Assembly (NCBI GenBank): GCA_965205675.1
Contig: OZ242186.1
Location: 1,216,001 to 1,280,000, forward strand
Direction: 5' to 3'
Origin: Nitrosopumilus sp.
Lineage (GTDB): Archaea; Thermoproteota; Nitrososphaeria; Nitrososphaerales; Nitrosopumilaceae
Length of the DNA stretch: 64,000 bases
The notes beneath the pieces are model-generated. The model was not told the origin of the DNA. It worked only from the letters and a program-made list of their open reading frames with translations, and made no database searches. Of this stretch, positions 60,119 through 64,000 are shown one piece after another (position 1 is the stretch's first letter; the number at the start of each line of letters is the position of its first letter). The position numbers and the translations under genes are program-made.

Positions 60119-62701
60119 ATGATGGAACTGAAATTTCAAAGCAATTTAGATTTTCAGTTAGATGCAATAAATTCTACTGTAGATATTTTTGAATCCCAAG
60201 AATTTACTCGAGAATCATTTGCCTTGATCTCAGAAAATGGGGTAATTCCAAACAAACTTGATTTGACACAAGAACAAATCTTAGCAAATATCAATAAAAT
60301 CCAAAAAAGTAACAATATCGCACCAACCAATGAACTAAATGGAATGAACTTTTCAATAGAGATGGAAACCGGAACTGGTAAAACCTATGTGTATATCAGA
60401 ACCGTTTTTGAATTATATCAAAATTATGGATTCAAAAAATTCATTGTGATTGTTCCTTCAATAGCAATAAAAGAAGGTGTTCTTAAAACCTTGGAAATTA
60501 CCAAAAAACATCTTAAGGAAATCTATGCAAATACACCTTATAGTTACTACGAGTACGATTCAAAAAAAATCAACCTAATAAGACAATTTTCCAGATCAAA
60601 TAAAATAGAAATTATGATTATGACAATTGATTCATTTAACAAAGACATCAACATAATGAACCAACAAAGAGACAATCTTTATGGAGAAAAACCAGTAGAT
60701 CTTGTTAATAAAACTCAACCCATTCTGCTTTTGGATGAACCGCAAAACATGGAAAGTGACACTGCCAAGCAGGCAATTTCTAATTTGAATCCTTTGTTCA
60801 CCCTGAGGTATTCTGCAACTCATAAAAATTATTACAATCTGATATATCGATTAACCCCAGTTGATGCTTATCAGAAAAACCTTGTAAAGAAGATTGATGT
60901 AATGTCTGTTCTCAAGGAAGGTGATTTTAACAATGTTTTTATCCGTTGCGTCAAAATCATAGCAGAAAAGAAAGGAATTAAGACAAAACTGTTGCTAAAT
61001 AAAAAACTAGTAAATGGGTACAAGGCGACAGAAATGATTCTAAAATATGGAGAATGTCTTGCTCAGAAAACACACAATTCAGAGTATGATGGATTTATAG
61101 TAACTGAAATCAACGCAAGACACAACTTTGTTAAATTTTCAAATGGTATTAAGATTGGATTAGGAGAAGAACAAGGAGGAGACAGAAAAGAACTCATGCA
61201 CATGCAAATAGAGCACACAATTCAAGAGCATTTTGAAAAATTTCTTATATTAAAACCACTTGGAATCAAACCGCTTTCATTGTTTTTCGTAGATAGCGTT
61301 GATAATTATCTTGCAAGAGATGGATTCATCAGAAAATCATTTGAAAAGTCTTTTGAAAAACTCAAAAAACAATACCGCGACTTTGAGAATATCGATGCCA
61401 AAGATATTCACTCAGGTTACTTTTCAAAACTAAAATCCGAAAAAGGGATGCAACAAGACAAAGACACTTTTGATCTGATCATGAGAGATAAGGAACGATT
61501 ACTGTCATTTGATGAACCTATACAGTTTATTTTTTCACACTCTGCACTGCGGGAAGGTTGGGATAATCCCAACGTGTTTAACATTTGTACTCTGAATCAA
61601 ACTATTTCGGGAATCAAAAAACGACAAGAAATTGGAAGGGGTATGAGATTGCCGGTAAATCAAGAAGGAGATCGTCTTTATGGCGATCAGAATATTTTGA
61701 CTGTAATTGCAAATGAAAACTATGCAAATTATGCATCAAGACTACAGACGGAGTATGAAGAAGATTATGGTGCAGGTAGTTCTCCTGATATTCATAATAG
61801 AAAAAAGCGAACCGTGCTAAAACTAAAGAAGGGATTCAAACTCAATCCGGAATTTCAAGAACTTTGGAGACGCGTCTCTAAAAAAACAAAATATGCCATA
61901 AAACTAGATACTGGAAAATTAATTGATTCGTGTGTTTCTGAGATAGAGTCAAGTGTATCAGTAGATTCAATTAACATCCACATTACAACAGCATCCCTGG
62001 CATTGTCTGAAAACCAATCTCATTACAAAGTAGAGACGGATGTTTTAGGTACTGAAAGACCCCCAATCAAAAAGGATTTCCCGATACCTGATATTATAGA
62101 GCAGTTAAGCGATGAAACAAAACTAACCCGTTCTACAATTGTAAATATTCTAACAAAAATCAACAACTTGAATCTTGTATTTGCAAACCCTCAGTCATTC
62201 TTACTATCTGTTTCTCATATCATTAAAGAAAAACTAGCTGACTTTCTTGTAGATGGTGTACAATATTTGGAAGTAGATGATTATTACAAAATGGAATTAT
62301 TTCAAGACATTCTTACTTATGAAGATACAATTATTCCTGTGAAGCATTCAATTTATGACAAAATAGTCTGGGATTCAAAAATTGAAGAAAAATTTGCCAA
62401 TGACCTAAATGAAATGAATAATATCAAGCTCTTCATAAAATTACCTAACTGGTTTGTAATTGATACTCCCATTGGGAACTATAATCCTGATTGGGCAGTT
62501 GTCATAGAGGATGTTGATTCGCACAGAAGATCTAGAGAGAGATTGTATTTTGTAACTGAAACCAAGGCAATTCCAAATCTTAATGAATTAAGACCTAATG
62601 AAAAGAAAAAGATATCATGTGGAAAAAAACACTTTGGAAAAATCAATGTTACATATCATGTTGCCACCAGTGTTGATAAATTACTGCAAAAACTTGCTTG
62701 A
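60119..62701 (+). CDS. res: Type III restriction subunit
   Basis: METGTGKT, DEPQ, LREGWDNPN, QEIGRG.R, YNPDW..ETK; ORF track starts 60092. Confidence 0.95.
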   Translation: MMELKFQSNLDFQLDAINSTVDIFESQEFTRESFALISENGVIPNKLDLTQEQILANINKIQKSNNIAPTNELNGMNFSIEMETGTGKTYVYIRTVFELYQNYGFKKFIVIVPSIAIKEGVLKTLEITKKHLKEIYANTPYSYYEYDSKKINLIRQFSRSNKIEIMIMTIDSFNKDINIMNQQRDNLYGEKPVDLVNKTQPILLLDEPQNMESDTAKQAISNLNPLFTLRYSATHKNYYNLIYRLTPVDAYQKNLVKKIDVMSVLKEGDFNNVFIRCVKIIAEKKGIKTKLLLNKKLVNGYKATEMILKYGECLAQKTHNSEYDGFIVTEINARHNFVKFSNGIKIGLGEEQGGDRKELMHMQIEHTIQEHFEKFLILKPLGIKPLSLFFVDSVDNYLARDGFIRKSFEKSFEKLKKQYRDFENIDAKDIHSGYFSKLKSEKGMQQDKDTFDLIMRDKERLLSFDEPIQFIFSHSALREGWDNPNVFNICTLNQTISGIKKRQEIGRGMRLPVNQEGDRLYGDQNILTVIANENYANYASRLQTEYEEDYGAGSSPDIHNRKKRTVLKLKKGFKLNPEFQELWRRVSKKTKYAIKLDTGKLIDSCVSEIESSVSVDSINIHITTASLALSENQSHYKVETDVLGTERPPIKKDFPIPDIIEQLSDETKLTRSTIVNILTKINNLNLVFANPQSFLLSVSHIIKEKLADFLVDGVQYLEVDDYYKMELFQDILTYEDTIIPVKHSIYDKIVWDSKIEEKFANDLNEMNNIKLFIKLPNWFVIDTPIGNYNPDWAVVIEDVDSHRRSRERLYFVTETKAIPNLNELRPNEKKKISCGKKHFGKINVTYHVATSVDKLLQKLA

Positions 62702-62869
62702 TTGTATAAAAAAAATCTAAAAAAAATTCAAACGAATTCACATTTGACACGCAAAAACAGATGCATAGATCTGAATATGTTACTAGATTTGATAAATAAT
62801 GAATGCTAATAAGATTAGTTCTTACTTGGGTTATCCTAGGCGCGCCAATCTCTTTTTTATCACATTCAA

Positions 62870-63172
62870 ATGAAATGTTGGGATAAAGGATTGCCAGTAC
62901 AGAAGACTAGAGCGTCTGCAAATATGTCATACTATGAATTTTTTAAAATACCCGAAAAATGTCGCGGTTTTGAGTTTGTTGAAAAGTGGTGTGTGTGCCC
63001 TCTGTGTGAAATCAGAGTTCAGTTGTGCCGCATAGGAATGCTAAATGATTTCATCTATGGGTATGAGAGATGTTCTGTATGTTTTGTAAAAATACCGTTG
63101 CCAAAATATATCACATCATTTCTAAAAAAACAATCAAGTACAAAAAACCAAAAGACCCTGTCTTGTTTTTAG
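62870..63172 (+). CDS. Zn-ribbon hypothetical protein
   Basis: CPLC...CSVC. Confidence 0.45.
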   Translation: MKCWDKGLPVQKTRASANMSYYEFFKIPEKCRGFEFVEKWCVCPLCEIRVQLCRIGMLNDFIYGYERCSVCFVKIPLPKYITSFLKKQSSTKNQKTLSCF

Positions 63173-63404
63173 ACTGGAAATTCCACATCATTTGATATGC
63201 CAAGAGACATGATATGCGCTCTGAGAACTTTGAGATGGGATATCCAAAAAGAACATGCAAGAACATCAAAAAACTTTTTGGCATATGATTTCTTTGCAAC
63301 CTTACAGGTAAGGGACTTTGGTTTATACATTGAATGAACCAAAAGGCTCCATGCCATACAATACAAAGTCAATTCGCAAAAGACCGGTAAAGTCATTTTA
63401 TTCC

Positions 63405-64000
63405 ATGACTAATCCCAACATCCGCAAAAACTCCAAGGTATATCATATGCTAAAGCACGGTCCATTCCCTGAGAGTTTCTCATATCTTGTAAATGATGGC
63501 AAAATAACCAAGGAAGGAAGATGGCTGATGCTTGCATGTGATATGGGACTGTCGTTTGCAGAACTGTGTGTGCTTGTGTATATCGTCAGGTATTGTACCG
63601 GTACAATTTCACGCCAGATGATTCATGATTTTTTTGTGGGCGTGATGCCCTTGCAACGTGTCGTTAATACCTTATCCAAACTAAAGAGTGCAAAATATGT
63701 AAACGCTGATGCAACTTCTCTGGCAGTTACAGATAAAACAAAATCTTTGGTAGACTCTCACAAGATAGAGTTTCAGCAACTGCACCTGTATGTTGAGACA
63801 TTAACAAAATCAAAAAAGACTAATGTTCCAATGGTAAAGGACGCCCCTCGCAAAAACTTTGAAGGAATAACAAACAGATCATGCATCCGCAAAAACTCCA
63901 AGGTGTATCATATGCTAAAGCACGGTCCATTCCCTGAGAGTTTCTCATATCTTGTAAATGATGGCAAAATAACCAAGGAAGGAAGATGGCTGATGCTTGC
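63405..64000 (+). CDS. wHTH-like protein with in-frame internal duplication (3' partial)
   Basis: Frame open to the window edge; IRKNSKVYHMLKHGPFPESFSYLVNDGKITKEGRWLMLA recurs after 155 codons. Confidence 0.65.
   Translation, partial: MTNPNIRKNSKVYHMLKHGPFPESFSYLVNDGKITKEGRWLMLACDMGLSFAELCVLVYIVRYCTGTISRQMIHDFFVGVMPLQRVVNTLSKLKSAKYVNADATSLAVTDKTKSLVDSHKIEFQQLHLYVETLTKSKKTNVPMVKDAPRKNFEGITNRSCIRKNSKVYHMLKHGPFPESFSYLVNDGKITKEGRWLML

Larger units (their letters stand above)
57793..62872. repeat. Perfect 35-bp direct repeats bracketing the type III R-M genes
   Basis: AGGCGCGCCAATCTCTTTTTTATCACATTCAAATG at 57793-57827 and 62838-62872. Confidence 0.92.
32359..64000 (+). mobile_element. Integrated mobile element (provirus or integrative plasmid-like); right end outside the window
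   Basis: Integrase at left edge; nearly all genes co-oriented; SSAP, MCM, ParB, TFB, TA pairs, R-M, many small Zn-finger ORFs; att sites not identified. Confidence 0.8.

Noticed and set aside
63419-64000. DGR template/variable repeat pair
   Set aside because: Only one mismatch, both copies are in the same frame, and no reverse transcriptase is in the window
32359-64000. Virion structural or conjugation module
   Set aside because: No capsid, terminase, portal or VirB4 motifs recognised; they may lie outside the window

Overview
The window comes from an AT-rich ammonia-oxidising archaeon (Nitrosopumilus-like Nitrososphaerota, inferred from gene content) and has three zones. (1) 1-22.7 kb is core chromosome: aIF5A 3' end, a box C/D guide sRNA, dph6, srp54, pus10, r-proteins, apgM, thiDN/thiC and the archaeal shikimate cluster. 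(2) 22.7-32.3 kb is IS-scarred: two near-identical 1411-bp IS66 copies, decayed DDE and IS630 relics, an HNH nuclease and the essential EF-2 gene. (3) From ~32.3 kb to beyond the window edge lies an integrated mobile element of at least 31 kb. It encodes a tyrosine integrase, an ssDNA-annealing protein, many Zn-finger micro-ORFs, RelE and Doc toxin-antitoxin pairs, a ParB-MT-A70 fusion, TFB, ParB, an MCM helicase and an ATP-grasp protein. It also carries a type III R-M pair bracketed by 35-bp direct repeats. Most unusual signals: an element-borne tRNA with a serine-type body but a Phe (GAA) anticodon; a palindromic 25-bp repeat array between two paralogous RHH-like genes next to MCM; and the repeat-bounded R-M cassette with an upstream 10-bp microsatellite and an adjacent tRNA-like relic. 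All assignments come from reading motifs by eye; no database searches were run.
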